In this document: positions 19,465 to 29,612 of the stretch, one piece after another
How the letters are laid out: every line of letters starts with the position of its first letter
Numbering within the stretch: position 1 is the first letter of the stretch
IMG/VR virus record: IMGVR_UViG_3300023174_000123
Span: 21,332-85,331 of that record
Strand: one strand, 5' to 3'
From: a virus
DNA length: 64,000 nt
Position numbers and translations under genes: made by a program
The notes under the pieces: generated by a model
The model's database searches: none
The model's input: only the letters and a program-made list of their open reading frames with translations
What the model was told of the DNA's origin: nothing

Positions 19465-20216
19465 CTTTTGCCTACCCTGGAGACAGTCATCAACACAGCC
19501 TGAAAACACTAAATGTTCTGTACGAGCATGATGACTTCATGGCCAGCATACGCAACGTGATTGATCTTGGATGCGGTACTGGAGAGGATCTGGTATGGTG
19601 GGCAACAAGAACTACTCGAGACGAAATTCCAGAACCTTTGAATATCCAATGCACCGGAGTAGACCTATCTGCAAAATCTGTATTGCTCAAAAATCATTCC
19701 AACATAATCTACGAACAAACTGATTTTGAACAGGAAATCAAACAGTGTCCAGACGGATTTGATGTCTTATGGTGCCATGACAGTTTTCAATACGCAAAAA
19801 ATCCTTTGCAGACTTTGAGTCGGTGGTGGCACCTAGCCAGCGACGGAGCCATGCTATGTATTAGTGTGCCTATCACTCAAAGAATGCATCGCCGTCAGTT
19901 CGACTACTATTTGTCTAGCGGTTGTTATTATCACTATAGCCTGGTCAGTTTGATTTATTTGTTGGCCACCACCGGTTGGGATTGTAGATCGGGATTTTTT
20001 AAACAAATACCACAAGATCCATGGTTACACGCAGTGGTATACAAAAGCTCACACGAACCCTTAGATCCTGCAACTGCCACTTGGTACCGTTTGTCCGAAC
20101 TCAAATTGGTTCCAGAATCTGCAGATGCCAGCATACATGCTCATGGTTATCTCAATCAGCAAGATTTGGTTTTACCGTGGATAGATCACAGCTTGATGAG
20201 CATGGCTATAAGATAA
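19461..20216 (+). CDS. Class I SAM-dependent methyltransferase
   Basis: VIDLGCGTG, GVD, FDVLWCHDSFQY; ATGA overlap. Confidence 0.8.
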   Translation: MTFAYPGDSHQHSLKTLNVLYEHDDFMASIRNVIDLGCGTGEDLVWWATRTTRDEIPEPLNIQCTGVDLSAKSVLLKNHSNIIYEQTDFEQEIKQCPDGFDVLWCHDSFQYAKNPLQTLSRWWHLASDGAMLCISVPITQRMHRRQFDYYLSSGCYYHYSLVSLIYLLATTGWDCRSGFFKQIPQDPWLHAVVYKSSHEPLDPATATWYRLSELKLVPESADASIHAHGYLNQQDLVLPWIDHSLMSMAIR

Positions 20217-20248
20217 ATTCTGGCCATAAACAGCATATAAATATCCAC

Positions 20249-21007
20249 ATGACGACTATAGTAGTAGTAAGCGGTGGATTTGATCCTGTGCATTCTGGGC
20301 ACATCCGACTGATCAAAGCAGCCAGGATGTTGGGTGATCAGCTGATAGTGGGTATCAACAGCGATGAGTGGTTGGCCCGTAAAAAAGGTCGTGCATTTAT
20401 GCCTTGGCAAGAACGACTGACAGTGCTGAACAATCTTAAGCCTGTGGACGAAGTTTACACCTTTGATGACGAGGACGGCACAGCCTGCCACTTGTTGCAA
20501 CAGGTCCGAGCACACTATCCAGAAGCACGTATTGTATTTGCCAATGGCGGCGACCGCACCAAGGACAACATTCCAGAAATGACAGTGCCAGGTGTAGAGT
20601 TTGTGTTTGGAGTAGGAGGCGAGGACAAAGCCAATTCTAGCTCGTGGATATTGCAAGAGTGGAAAGCACCCAGGACCGAACGTGCCTGGGGATACTATCG
20701 TGTGTTGCACGAAGATGGTTCGCAAGTCAAGGTCAAAGAACTCACAGTTTTGCCTGGACAAAGTCTCAGCATGCAACGTCACAGTCAACGTGCTGAACAT
20801 TGGTTTGTAGCTCAAGGTACGGCTACAGTTTATACTATTAACCGGAAAAGTGATGCTGAATTGTTAGGAGAATTTAATCGGCATCAGCACATACATATTG
20901 ATTCTAATGAATGGCATCAGTTGTGTAACGAAACAGATAAACCCTTGCGTGTGGTAGAAATACAATACGGTGAAAATTGTGTGGAAGAGGACATAGTAAG
21001 ACTGTGA
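20249..21007 (+). CDS. Cytidylyltransferase (HIGH-type, RfaE/TagD-like) fused to a mannose-6-phosphate-isomerase-type cupin
   Basis: SGGFDPVHSGH, ANGGDR, SSS; C-terminal RAWGYY..LSMQRH..RAEHW..EIQYG..EEDIVR. Confidence 0.88.
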   Translation: MTTIVVVSGGFDPVHSGHIRLIKAARMLGDQLIVGINSDEWLARKKGRAFMPWQERLTVLNNLKPVDEVYTFDDEDGTACHLLQQVRAHYPEARIVFANGGDRTKDNIPEMTVPGVEFVFGVGGEDKANSSSWILQEWKAPRTERAWGYYRVLHEDGSQVKVKELTVLPGQSLSMQRHSQRAEHWFVAQGTATVYTINRKSDAELLGEFNRHQHIHIDSNEWHQLCNETDKPLRVVEIQYGENCVEEDIVRL

Positions 21008-21687
21008 CTCCTTTACCAATCTTTGTGGGCTACGATCCTAGAGAAGCTATAGCCTATCATGTCTGTGTTAACAGTATAATTCGGCATGCCAGCCAGCCGG
21101 TGGCTATCATGCCTGTGGCATTGAACTTGTTCCAGGACTATGAAGAAACACACGGTGACAACAGCAACCATTTTGTTTATACCCGATTCCTAGTGCCACA
21201 TCTCATGAGTTATAGCGATTGGGCTATATTCATTGACGGCGACATGGTGCTACGTGATGACATTGTCAAACTTTGGAGTTTGAGAGAGTATGACAAAGAT
21301 GTCATGGTAGTCAAACACGACTATAAAACACGCATGACAGAAAAATACATGGGGGCCAAAAACGAAGACTATCCCAGAAAGAATTGGTCAAGTGTAATAC
21401 TATGGAATTGTAGTAGCTGGCCCAATCGTAGGTTAACTCCAGAATTTGTGCAAAATCAACCCGGCAGTTACCTTCATAGATTTGCCTGGTTAGAAGATGC
21501 CCGCATCGGCGAATTACCCCGAGAATGGAACTGGTTGCCAGATGAGTATGGTGCTAATCCCGAGGCCAAGTTGTTGCACTATACCTTGGGCACTCCGTGT
21601 TTTCATGAGTTTGCAAACACGCCACAAGCCGAAGAATGGCACCAGGAAAGAATCTTTACTGAACATTGCCAACAACGTGAGATTTAG
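21004..21687 (+). CDS. GT-A glycosyltransferase (GT8-like)
   Basis: IFVGYDPRE, F.YTRF.VP, FIDGDM, YPRKNWSS, HYTLGTP. Confidence 0.8.
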   Translation: MTPLPIFVGYDPREAIAYHVCVNSIIRHASQPVAIMPVALNLFQDYEETHGDNSNHFVYTRFLVPHLMSYSDWAIFIDGDMVLRDDIVKLWSLREYDKDVMVVKHDYKTRMTEKYMGAKNEDYPRKNWSSVILWNCSSWPNRRLTPEFVQNQPGSYLHRFAWLEDARIGELPREWNWLPDEYGANPEAKLLHYTLGTPCFHEFANTPQAEEWHQERIFTEHCQQREI

Positions 21688-21690
21688 TAT

Positions 21691-22626
21691 ATGACCTTGA
21701 GAATTGCAGTATATCATCTCAGCGTGCCTCGAAAACCTAATTATGAAAAAACACACATGTTGCAGTTTTTTTCACAAGGTGTAAAACAGGTTGGAGATCA
21801 GGCCATTGATGTGCGAGATTATTCTGTCGTTGACAGTGATGTAGCTGTGATACAAGGTTGGATCAGTGATCAAATTGAGAGCCCACATCTCAAACTTAGA
21901 CAAGAGGTGATAGCGCAACAACTACAGCAAAGACGTTATGTAATCACTGCCGACAGCAACTTGTTCTTGTATTCAAACACTGAAAATCCCTTGCACTATT
22001 TGCGATACAGTGCCAATGGAGTATTTCCTAATACCGGTATATATTTTGACAACAAAGTTGACCCGGCTAGATGGATCCAGATACAGAAAGACCTTAACAT
22101 CCAGTTAAAAGACTACAGGATCGATGGCAGGCATATTTTGATTTGTTTGCAACGCAACGGTGGATGGAGCATGGGCACGACCACGGTTTCTTGTTGGACA
22201 GAGAATGTGTTGGACACTCTTCGTCGACATACCAAAAGACCTATAGTGATCCGAGCACATCCGGGAGATCGCCAAGCTAAACATTATCTTAGATCATTGG
22301 CCGCTTTGTCCGGCCATTACAATTTTGTTATTTCTGAAAACAAGACACTGTTAGAAGATTTACAGGACTGCTGGGCGGTAGTGAATCACAACAGCAGTCC
22401 GGCAGTGGCTGCGGCCATAGAAGGATATCCGGTATTTGTTACAGATCCAGAACGCAGCCAGTGCAAGGAAATTGCCAATGTTTGTCTGGCCAACATTGAA
22501 CGACCATGGTTGCCAGATCGTTTGACCTGGGCGCAAAGATTGGCAATGAGTCATTGGAAGTTTGAGGAGCTCAAGTCTGGTGCGGCATGGCAACACTTGC
22601 GTTGGTTTGTTCGCGATAATCCTTAA
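21691..22626 (+). CDS. GT-B capsule-polysaccharide-synthesis-like protein (KpsC/KpsS-like)
   Basis: ILICLQ, IVIRAHP, VVNHNSS.AV.A.IEG.P. Confidence 0.7.
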   Translation: MTLRIAVYHLSVPRKPNYEKTHMLQFFSQGVKQVGDQAIDVRDYSVVDSDVAVIQGWISDQIESPHLKLRQEVIAQQLQQRRYVITADSNLFLYSNTENPLHYLRYSANGVFPNTGIYFDNKVDPARWIQIQKDLNIQLKDYRIDGRHILICLQRNGGWSMGTTTVSCWTENVLDTLRRHTKRPIVIRAHPGDRQAKHYLRSLAALSGHYNFVISENKTLLEDLQDCWAVVNHNSSPAVAAAIEGYPVFVTDPERSQCKEIANVCLANIERPWLPDRLTWAQRLAMSHWKFEELKSGAAWQHLRWFVRDNP

Positions 22627-23290
22627 GACGTTGAGCCCACTGAGATCTTAACAGTTGCATGCTTTCGTGATTGAAGGCTTTTTTGTTGTATCTGCGATCT
22701 AGATAGGTCTGATCTAGATTGTTGCCAGTTACATCATAGCGATCATGTAACACTGTCACTGGAATCTCTAACACGGCACCGGCTTCGTGGCAGATGTTCT
22801 GTATCCAAGTGTCGGTAATTTGTGTGTGACTGATTTCACCAAATAAGTCATTCCAAACTCTGGGAATAATAGGAAATAATGTAAGATTAGGTTTAAAATT
22901 TTGTGTGGTCATGTGCAACATGCCAACAAAATTGTTTTGTTTTTTGATATGTTGATCCCAACCTTGAGTCAGCATAACAGCATCATCATTCCAGATCACA
23001 AACCACTGGCCCTGAGCTTGTTGGGCCATGATATTGTAGTAGCGATTTAATTCCCAGTAACCCCAGGCCGGGCATGGCAATGCTCTACAAGAACCACCCC
23101 AGGCCGAGCAATCAGTACTCCATTTTGAGCTGGAAAAATATTCTATACTGGGCAAATCTGTGTCGTCGTGGGCCACAATTACTTCTATGTTTCCAGGATC
23201 ATCACTCAAGTCAAACAGGCTGGCCATACTTCGTCGCAATAAATCTACGCGATTTTTTGTTGGTATAAGAACGCTGACTAAAATTGACAT
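22571..23290 (-). CDS. Family 2 glycosyltransferase
   Basis: VSVLIPTKNR, EVIVAHDD, WNDD; start 23290 lies 7 nt from a minus-strand TAAATA. Confidence 0.8.
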   Translation of the reverse strand: MSILVSVLIPTKNRVDLLRRSMASLFDLSDDPGNIEVIVAHDDTDLPSIEYFSSSKWSTDCSAWGGSCRALPCPAWGYWELNRYYNIMAQQAQGQWFVIWNDDAVMLTQGWDQHIKKQNNFVGMLHMTTQNFKPNLTLFPIIPRVWNDLFGEISHTQITDTWIQNICHEAGAVLEIPVTVLHDRYDVTGNNLDQTYLDRRYNKKAFNHESMQLLRSQWAQRLKDYREQTNASVAMPHQT

Positions 23291-23331
23291 GTTATTATAT
23301 TTAATCAAAAACTACGCATATAAATATTCCC

Positions 23332-24030
23332 ATGCGAGCATATGTGATCGGTCTTGGTCGGATTCCAAGTTCTTTTGAAAGTGCTGTCCAGGTATATAAT
23401 ACTTTAAGGTCATATGGACTTGACGTGGCCTTTCATGAAGGAACATACGGTGACGAAGTTGAAGAAATTTTTGCCCAAGAACAACGAATTTTATATCACA
23501 CCAGCTTCAAAGGTAATCCGGTAGACGAGCAATACCGTCAGAGCAGCATGCGTTTTGGAGTCATGGCCTGTTTTCACAGTCATTATCGACTATGGCAACG
23601 ATGTGTAGAGTTAAATGAACCAATACTGATTTTTGAAGATGATGTGATTTTTGAACGGGAGTGGATGCCAGTGGAATGGCAAGATGTGTTGTTGGTTGCC
23701 ACTGGCAAAAGTGTTTATCGAGACGATTGGTATGCACAAAAATTATACCAACCCGAAGGTATTGCTCAAGCAGTGCCACTAAATCGCAAGGTCATGCCCG
23801 GAGCAGTAGGTTATGGATTGACCCCACAGGGCGCTGGTAAACTAACTGAATTTTATAAAACGTGTTTCTTGCCCGCTGACAATGCTATGAATGCCCAGGT
23901 AGTGCAACTAGAATGTCACACCTACCTCATGGGGCGTGCAGCACTCGAAGAAGACGGTAAAAAAAGTCTTACCAAAACTCGTATGTGGAGCAAACTCAAA
24001 AACGCCAATACGCCTCGGGACGAGCAATAA
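23332..24030 (+). CDS. Family 25 glycosyltransferase (LPS biosynthesis type)
   Basis: AYVI.L, GVMACFHSHYRLW, LIFEDD, G..GY..TP.GA.KL, PAD. Confidence 0.85.
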   Translation: MRAYVIGLGRIPSSFESAVQVYNTLRSYGLDVAFHEGTYGDEVEEIFAQEQRILYHTSFKGNPVDEQYRQSSMRFGVMACFHSHYRLWQRCVELNEPILIFEDDVIFEREWMPVEWQDVLLVATGKSVYRDDWYAQKLYQPEGIAQAVPLNRKVMPGAVGYGLTPQGAGKLTEFYKTCFLPADNAMNAQVVQLECHTYLMGRAALEEDGKKSLTKTRMWSKLKNANTPRDEQ

Positions 24031-24799
24031 CAAGATCTTGTGGGCGGCTGCGTCCTTGTTGTTTTCTTGAGCCTTTCAAATGATCCATAAATCTACCAAG
24101 TTCTGAGTTTATAAAAGGATGTCCAGCTCGCCCAGGTCCTGGCATAGTTGAAGTCAAATTATAAAATTTATGCAGTGCTTGATATTGACGTCGTACCACG
24201 TCCCACACATAACTGTCATGCCATTCGGGTAGATTAAAAATAAGATCTTGATCATACATGGCACGCAGATCCTGTATAAAATTTCTGGTAGCAGGATGAT
24301 CAAGATTATATGCCACCCATCCACATTCGCTATGATACTTTTCTCCGCGACCCAGATAGCCAATCATGGCATCTGGCGCACACAACCGGTCCAGATCCAC
24401 AACATGTATTGGACTATGAGTCACTGTGTCTGCATCCAACCATATCAGCCAACCCTCACTGGTATAATTGGCCACCAAACTTATGGCATAAATCTTGTAG
24501 GCAAACCGCACTGCGTTCCAACGGAAACTTTTTTTAGGATCAAACACTTCTGGCGGTCCTGCCAGTCCATGAGCTAGAGGATTATTCTTGTGTCGTTCAA
24601 CAAAAGAGTTCAGGGCAAAACTCAAGTTCAATAAGTCGTAAACTTGCGTGTTGGATCTTAAAGTTTGTGGAGTGCAATTTTCTGCGCACACAACTAGGTC
24701 AACTTCTGCTGGCCAATGTTGTTCAAATGCGTTGATCATGCGTTGACCATATTGTTTAAGACCGTCGGCATTGAAAGTGGTAACTACAGTATATTTCAC
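23996..24799 (-). CDS. GT-A glycosyltransferase-like protein
   Basis: RFAYK, IWLDAD (DXD), ECGW, EWHDSYVWD, HLKG.RK. Confidence 0.7.
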   Translation of the reverse strand: MKYTVVTTFNADGLKQYGQRMINAFEQHWPAEVDLVVCAENCTPQTLRSNTQVYDLLNLSFALNSFVERHKNNPLAHGLAGPPEVFDPKKSFRWNAVRFAYKIYAISLVANYTSEGWLIWLDADTVTHSPIHVVDLDRLCAPDAMIGYLGRGEKYHSECGWVAYNLDHPATRNFIQDLRAMYDQDLIFNLPEWHDSYVWDVVRRQYQALHKFYNLTSTMPGPGRAGHPFINSELGRFMDHLKGSRKQQGRSRPQDLVIARPEAYWRF

Positions 24800-24810
24800 C
24801 TGGATATTTA

Positions 24811-25659
24811 GTGATCAAAACAGTTGCCTATTTTCCTTCTCAGTTGGCCCAAAACAGTGGACCGGTCTTGTCAGCCATGTTGTCGGCCCTACAACAACAT
24901 GGCATACGTATCTGTGAAAACAGCTATGATGCCGACGCGGCCATAATATGGAGTGTGCTATGGTCGGGCCGCATGGCCGCCAATCAAGAAGTCTGGGTGC
25001 GTTACCGAGATTCCAAGCGACCTGTGATAGTAGCCGATGTAGGTTCCCTATATCGTGGAGAAACCTGGAAGATAGCACTTAACTCGATCACAGCCAATGG
25101 TTGTTATGGACACACAGAAAATCTAGATTGGGATCGTCCTAAAAAACTGGGCATCAGCCAGGCTATCAATGTCTCTAGAAATCCTAGGATCGTTATAGCC
25201 GCACAACATGCCCGTAGTCTACAAGTAGCAGGCCTGGTCAGCATGGAAGGCTGGGTTGTTCAACAAGTGGAACGACTACGCACAGTCACGGACCGTCCTA
25301 TCGTGGTTAGGCCACATCCTAGAAGTCCTTTGGATTGGGCTGGACTGGTTCATTTGCCCCCGGATGTTGTCATAGAAAAACCTGTTAAGGTAGCCAATAC
25401 CTATGACAGCTACAACCTGGCCTTTGATTGCCATGCATTGGTCAATCATAATTCGGGTCCAGGCATACAAGCAGCCTTGGCCGGTACCAGGCCCATTGTG
25501 GACTCCTCTAGCTTGGCTTATCCAGTCAGCATACAATTAGCGGATATCGAACAGCCATATACAGTGGATAGAGACCAGTGGTTGGTAGAAATATGTCATA
25601 CCGAATACACAGTGAAAGAAATCAAGCAAGGCTTATGGATACATCGCCTGGGACTATAG
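24811..25659 (+). CDS. Second capsule-polysaccharide-synthesis-like GT-B protein
   Basis: IVVRPHPR, VNHNSGPGIQA..AG; paralog of 21691. Confidence 0.7.
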   Translation: MIKTVAYFPSQLAQNSGPVLSAMLSALQQHGIRICENSYDADAAIIWSVLWSGRMAANQEVWVRYRDSKRPVIVADVGSLYRGETWKIALNSITANGCYGHTENLDWDRPKKLGISQAINVSRNPRIVIAAQHARSLQVAGLVSMEGWVVQQVERLRTVTDRPIVVRPHPRSPLDWAGLVHLPPDVVIEKPVKVANTYDSYNLAFDCHALVNHNSGPGIQAALAGTRPIVDSSSLAYPVSIQLADIEQPYTVDRDQWLVEICHTEYTVKEIKQGLWIHRLGL

Positions 25660-26357
25660 ACTGCGCCTGTGTGATTCACGGCGATGCATATTCTTGGCAA
25701 TATGTAGACCGTCTTTACAACATGTTGAAACGCAACATTTCTGCCGACATAACACTGCATGTTTACACCGAGTTTGACAGACCAGTGCCTGCTACATTTG
25801 TCAAACATGTTTTACACCCATGGAATATCCACGGCCCTCGTCAAGGCTGGTGGTATAAAATGCAGTTGTTTGACACGCAACATCATGCTGGGCCTTTGCT
25901 TTATTTTGATTTAGATACAGTTATTGTTTCTAACATAGATTGGATTTGGCAAAGTCCACTCAAATATTTTTGGGCAGTTAGAGATTTCAAATACCTTTGG
26001 GAACCCACTGATTTTGAAATTAATAGCAGTGTAATGTGGTGGGACACACGGCAATTTGATCATGTATGGCAAGCATTCCAACGCCAAGAGCTTAGAAAAA
26101 TCATAAGCCAATATCGCGGCGATCAAGATTATTTGAGCATGGCCATCGGTCCCGATCATCGCAGATTGTTTGATCCAGATCGAATCAAAAGCTGGCGTTG
26201 GCAATGCTTGGACGGAGGATATACGTTTGAAAAGAGATCCTACAAACATCCTGGATTGGGCACTAGAATAGACTCTAAAACCAGCGTATTGATATTTCAC
26301 GGCAATCCCAAACCCGCAGATGTACCCGATCCAGTGGTTTTACAACATTGGCAATAA
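25635..26357 (+). CDS. GT-A glycosyltransferase-like protein
   Basis: WWYKMQLF, YFDLD, NSSVM, GDQDY, FHGNPKP. Confidence 0.75.
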   Translation: MDTSPGTIDCACVIHGDAYSWQYVDRLYNMLKRNISADITLHVYTEFDRPVPATFVKHVLHPWNIHGPRQGWWYKMQLFDTQHHAGPLLYFDLDTVIVSNIDWIWQSPLKYFWAVRDFKYLWEPTDFEINSSVMWWDTRQFDHVWQAFQRQELRKIISQYRGDQDYLSMAIGPDHRRLFDPDRIKSWRWQCLDGGYTFEKRSYKHPGLGTRIDSKTSVLIFHGNPKPADVPDPVVLQHWQ

Positions 26358-26390
26358 TATTCAATAAATATCCTGGACAGGAGATTGAAT

Positions 26391-26894
26391 ATGACAAACA
26401 GAACTATTCGAATATGCGGTTGGGGCACAGGTCAAAGTCCGGCCACTGTAACAGCCACGGTAGATGGCGAGCAAGTTTTTGCTGGTAAGATCGATCTGGT
26501 TGAATTACGTGCTGATAATCAAGGAGAATTTACAGCACCAGTACTTTTTACATTTGAGGTGCCCATGGATTTCGTAGGTACCAAACACATGCGAGTAGTA
26601 GTAGAAGATGCCACGGTTAGATTTGCCTATGTGCAAGCCAACTATGTAACTGTAATGGGCAGATCTTCAGGACCTGACATGTATGTAGACTGTTCCGGAT
26701 GCATCGACGGAGTCACAGACGCCAGGAAAAATGTGGTCATTGATGGCATTCTACAAACAGTGGATCGTACCAAGGGCTATGGTGCCTGGCACTGGTTTAT
26801 TGAACCCGGGTCAGTCATGGAGCATGATTTGGTAATATCTGCGGCTTTATTGGACACACTCAACCCCGAACTTCAACAATTACCAACCTGGTAA
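26391..26894 (+). CDS. Hypothetical beta-rich protein
   Basis: TAAATA 26365-26370 and AGGAG SD. Confidence 0.6.
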   Translation: MTNRTIRICGWGTGQSPATVTATVDGEQVFAGKIDLVELRADNQGEFTAPVLFTFEVPMDFVGTKHMRVVVEDATVRFAYVQANYVTVMGRSSGPDMYVDCSGCIDGVTDARKNVVIDGILQTVDRTKGYGAWHWFIEPGSVMEHDLVISAALLDTLNPELQQLPTW

Positions 26895-26901
26895 TATCAG
26901 G

Positions 26902-26930
26902 TTGACCAAATAATCCTGTTTTGCTATAAT
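26902..26930 (+). promoter_or_regulatory. Early sigma70-type promoter
   Basis: TTGACC-17 nt-TATAAT with TG extended -10. Confidence 0.85.
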
Positions 26931-26978
26931 TGTTACATAATGTAGTTTTTATACAACATTTTTGTAGAAAGGCAAAAT

Positions 26979-27203
26979 ATGAATCAAAAATTAAGAGCAG
27001 GTTTACAAACAGCCACAATCGGCGCATTCTGCGTGGCAGTGACATTTGCTTTCCAATACATGTCTGCCAATATGACCCCTGAGCAGTTTGTGATTGGACT
27101 GGCAGTCATGGGCATAACCGCTTGTTTTTATACGATTTATTCTGTGTTATTGTCTCGTATTGAGTATCAAGACCACTTGAAGAGCATGGTTGACAAGAAA
27201 TAA
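26979..27203 (+). CDS. Small two-TM membrane protein (early)
   Basis: Two hydrophobic segments; promoter and SD upstream. Confidence 0.65.
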   Translation: MNQKLRAGLQTATIGAFCVAVTFAFQYMSANMTPEQFVIGLAVMGITACFYTIYSVLLSRIEYQDHLKSMVDKK

Positions 27204-27218
27204 TCCATTTGCTATAAT
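27190..27218 (+). promoter_or_regulatory. Consensus sigma70 promoter
   Basis: TTGACA-17 nt-TATAAT with TG extension. Confidence 0.9.
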
Positions 27219-27250
27219 ATTATTATTAAAACAATCAACAAGGAGCTTGT

Positions 27251-28270
27251 ATGTCAACAATCGTGGTCAAATCTGGCAGTTATCGCAACACCCCTGTGAA
27301 TAATGTCACATTCGCCTTGGTCAAGGGTTTTCAAACTGGGGCCAAGGGAGGCTATGTTACCGTGAAAGCAGATGGTTATTTTGGCCCCGAAGTGCCAGAA
27401 GTAGTTCGTATCAAAGTAGACAGCATTGAAGATTTGGAGTTCACCACTGACTCAGTGATTGCAGATCGCCCTGTGGTGACTCAGACTCCTGTGGAGACCG
27501 ATGATGAAGTCATGGATCGTATTGGGCAGAGATTTGAAATCCTGCAAGAAATGACCCGTGCCACCATCGCTGGTGATGTCCGTGCCATGATCGTGGTAGG
27601 CCCTCCTGGAGTAGGTAAAAGTTACGGCGTAGAATACGAACTAGAAAAGTCTGGCCTGTTTGAACGCATCACTGGTCGCAAGATCAAGTATGAAGTGATC
27701 AAAGGTGCCATGACTCCGATTGGGCTCTACTGCACGTTGTACAAACATTCAGATCCCAACAATGTCTTGGTGTTTGACGACTGTGACTCAGTGTTCCAAG
27801 ATGACTTGAGCTTGAACATTCTCAAGGCTGCCCTGGACTCAGGCAAGAAGCGTAGGATCTACTGGAACTCAGACTCAGCCATGTTGCGCAGAGAAGGTGT
27901 TCCTGACTGTTTTGACTTCAAAGGTGGCTGTATTTTCATCACCAACTTGAAGTTTGACAACCTGCAGAGCAAGAAGATGAAGGACCATTTGGAGGCACTA
28001 CAGAGTCGTTGCCACTTCTTGGACTTGACCTTGAACACCATGCGTGACAAGTTCTTGCGTATCAAGCAGATCTTCCGCCAAGGACAACTGTTCAATGACT
28101 ATGACTTTACACCAGAAAAAGGTGAAGAGATCCTGAACTTTATGGATGCCAACAAGGACCGCCTGCGTGAAATGAGCCTGCGTATGGCCTTGAAAATCGC
28201 AGACTTGACCAAGGTGTCTGACACCAACTGGAAGGCCCTGGCTGTATCAACATGTATGAAAAATTCTTAA
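27251..28270 (+). CDS. AAA+ ATPase (early)
   Basis: GPPGVGKS Walker A, LVFDDCD Walker B, FITN sensor-1, ALQSR Arg finger. Confidence 0.85.
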   Translation: MSTIVVKSGSYRNTPVNNVTFALVKGFQTGAKGGYVTVKADGYFGPEVPEVVRIKVDSIEDLEFTTDSVIADRPVVTQTPVETDDEVMDRIGQRFEILQEMTRATIAGDVRAMIVVGPPGVGKSYGVEYELEKSGLFERITGRKIKYEVIKGAMTPIGLYCTLYKHSDPNNVLVFDDCDSVFQDDLSLNILKAALDSGKKRRIYWNSDSAMLRREGVPDCFDFKGGCIFITNLKFDNLQSKKMKDHLEALQSRCHFLDLTLNTMRDKFLRIKQIFRQGQLFNDYDFTPEKGEEILNFMDANKDRLREMSLRMALKIADLTKVSDTNWKALAVSTCMKNS

Positions 28271-28333
28271 TCGTGTGCAAAACGGTTAAGTAATCGGTAG
28301 CTCCTGGGTAGACTCAAAAACTACCCATTTAAC

Positions 28334-28359
28334 ACAGGCACTTAGGTGCCTGTTTTTTT
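28334..28359 (+). terminator. Rho-independent terminator
   Basis: ACAGGCAC-TTAG-GTGCCTGT followed by a T run. Confidence 0.9.
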
Positions 28360-28393
28360 GATCTTTGTCTGATAAGTATGTTATACTAGTTCC

Positions 28394-28939
28394 ATGCACT
28401 TTGTTTTCCCAGAAAATCTTTCAACAGTCAAGCCGCAAAATCTCTACAAGTGGGCGAGCATCTGGGGCAGCGTGCAAAAAAGATACTATCAAGATCAGGT
28501 GTATCTCAGGCGAGAACGGCAGATAGAAGATTTTATTACCTTGAATCAATTGACGCCGGTGTATGTGGAAAAAGACACAGACGTTTTAAAAAACTTGCAG
28601 TCAGTCTCACACCCGTCACAGGCCCGACTCGCAGTGATCACCGATCAACGCTTTAGTAGAATGCCATGTGTGGGCATAATCGAGCGCATTGATCAGCTTC
28701 TACAGCAGTGCCCTAGACTGTTCCTGTGCTTGAACCGTCACTACATCAATATTGATGACAGTTTCTGTGATCCCACGCTGGATGACAATTTGAATTTGGC
28801 CGTTACTCAGTGGTTGCGTAAAAGTTTGCCGCAGGACAAGATACTAGACCTGAGTTTGGATTATTTAGACCATGGTGATTGGTTTACTTGGGTGGTGCCT
28901 GACCGTATGTATTATATCGAGCGACATGAGATTAGTTGA
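28394..28939 (+). CDS. Hypothetical protein
   Basis: 181-aa ORF; TATACT at 28382-28387, 6 nt before the ATG. Confidence 0.6.
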   Translation: MHFVFPENLSTVKPQNLYKWASIWGSVQKRYYQDQVYLRRERQIEDFITLNQLTPVYVEKDTDVLKNLQSVSHPSQARLAVITDQRFSRMPCVGIIERIDQLLQQCPRLFLCLNRHYINIDDSFCDPTLDDNLNLAVTQWLRKSLPQDKILDLSLDYLDHGDWFTWVVPDRMYYIERHEIS

Positions 28940-29612
28940 ACAAATAATCAAAAACGAGCACAAAGAAAATTTCAAGACTCGATACATCAAGTATCGAGCC
29001 GGAAGACTCAAGCATCAGTATTGGTTGTGGAATCGCAAACAAGATCAAAAAATCATAGACGAATATGATGCCAAGATCTTGCGTAATTGTCAGCCTGGAC
29101 GCACTGCTTTCTTTTCCAGTGCTGGTTACTATCTCAAAGACATTTGGCCCGAGATAGACTCTATTGAAATGTATCCGGAGGTGCAGGAGTTTTATCCTGA
29201 AGTCATAACCGTGGAAAGCCGAAGCCAGTTGGCTGAAATTGTCACAGGCAAATACGATAACTTTGCTGTGGTAAACAATCGTGCCGACCACTGGGTATCC
29301 ACACAGGGCCTGACCCAACACTTGCAAAATTATTCTAGTATCCTGAATCCAGGAGCTCGCGTGTTCTATTCTTTTAGAGACACACAGATACACTATAACC
29401 GTCTCCGTATACAGGCTCGCCAACACTTCATGGACTGGGCCCTGGGCTTGAGTGACATTGGGCTGGATCTAGTCTGGTCTGACCTACAGTTTCGTCCCAA
29501 GATCAAAGACGGCCAGGGCAACTATGATGCCTTTGAAAATCCCGACACAGTCAATGGCAATTTAAAATTTTGGTTTGTTTATCAAGGACAGCCATGGAAG
29601 CCTGAACTATGA
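28926..29612 (+). CDS. Hypothetical protein, possibly degenerate methyltransferase fold
   Basis: Overlapping ORF; LNPGARV motif reminiscent of class I MTase motif. Confidence 0.5.
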   Translation: MRLVEQIIKNEHKENFKTRYIKYRAGRLKHQYWLWNRKQDQKIIDEYDAKILRNCQPGRTAFFSSAGYYLKDIWPEIDSIEMYPEVQEFYPEVITVESRSQLAEIVTGKYDNFAVVNNRADHWVSTQGLTQHLQNYSSILNPGARVFYSFRDTQIHYNRLRIQARQHFMDWALGLSDIGLDLVWSDLQFRPKIKDGQGNYDAFENPDTVNGNLKFWFVYQGQPWKPEL

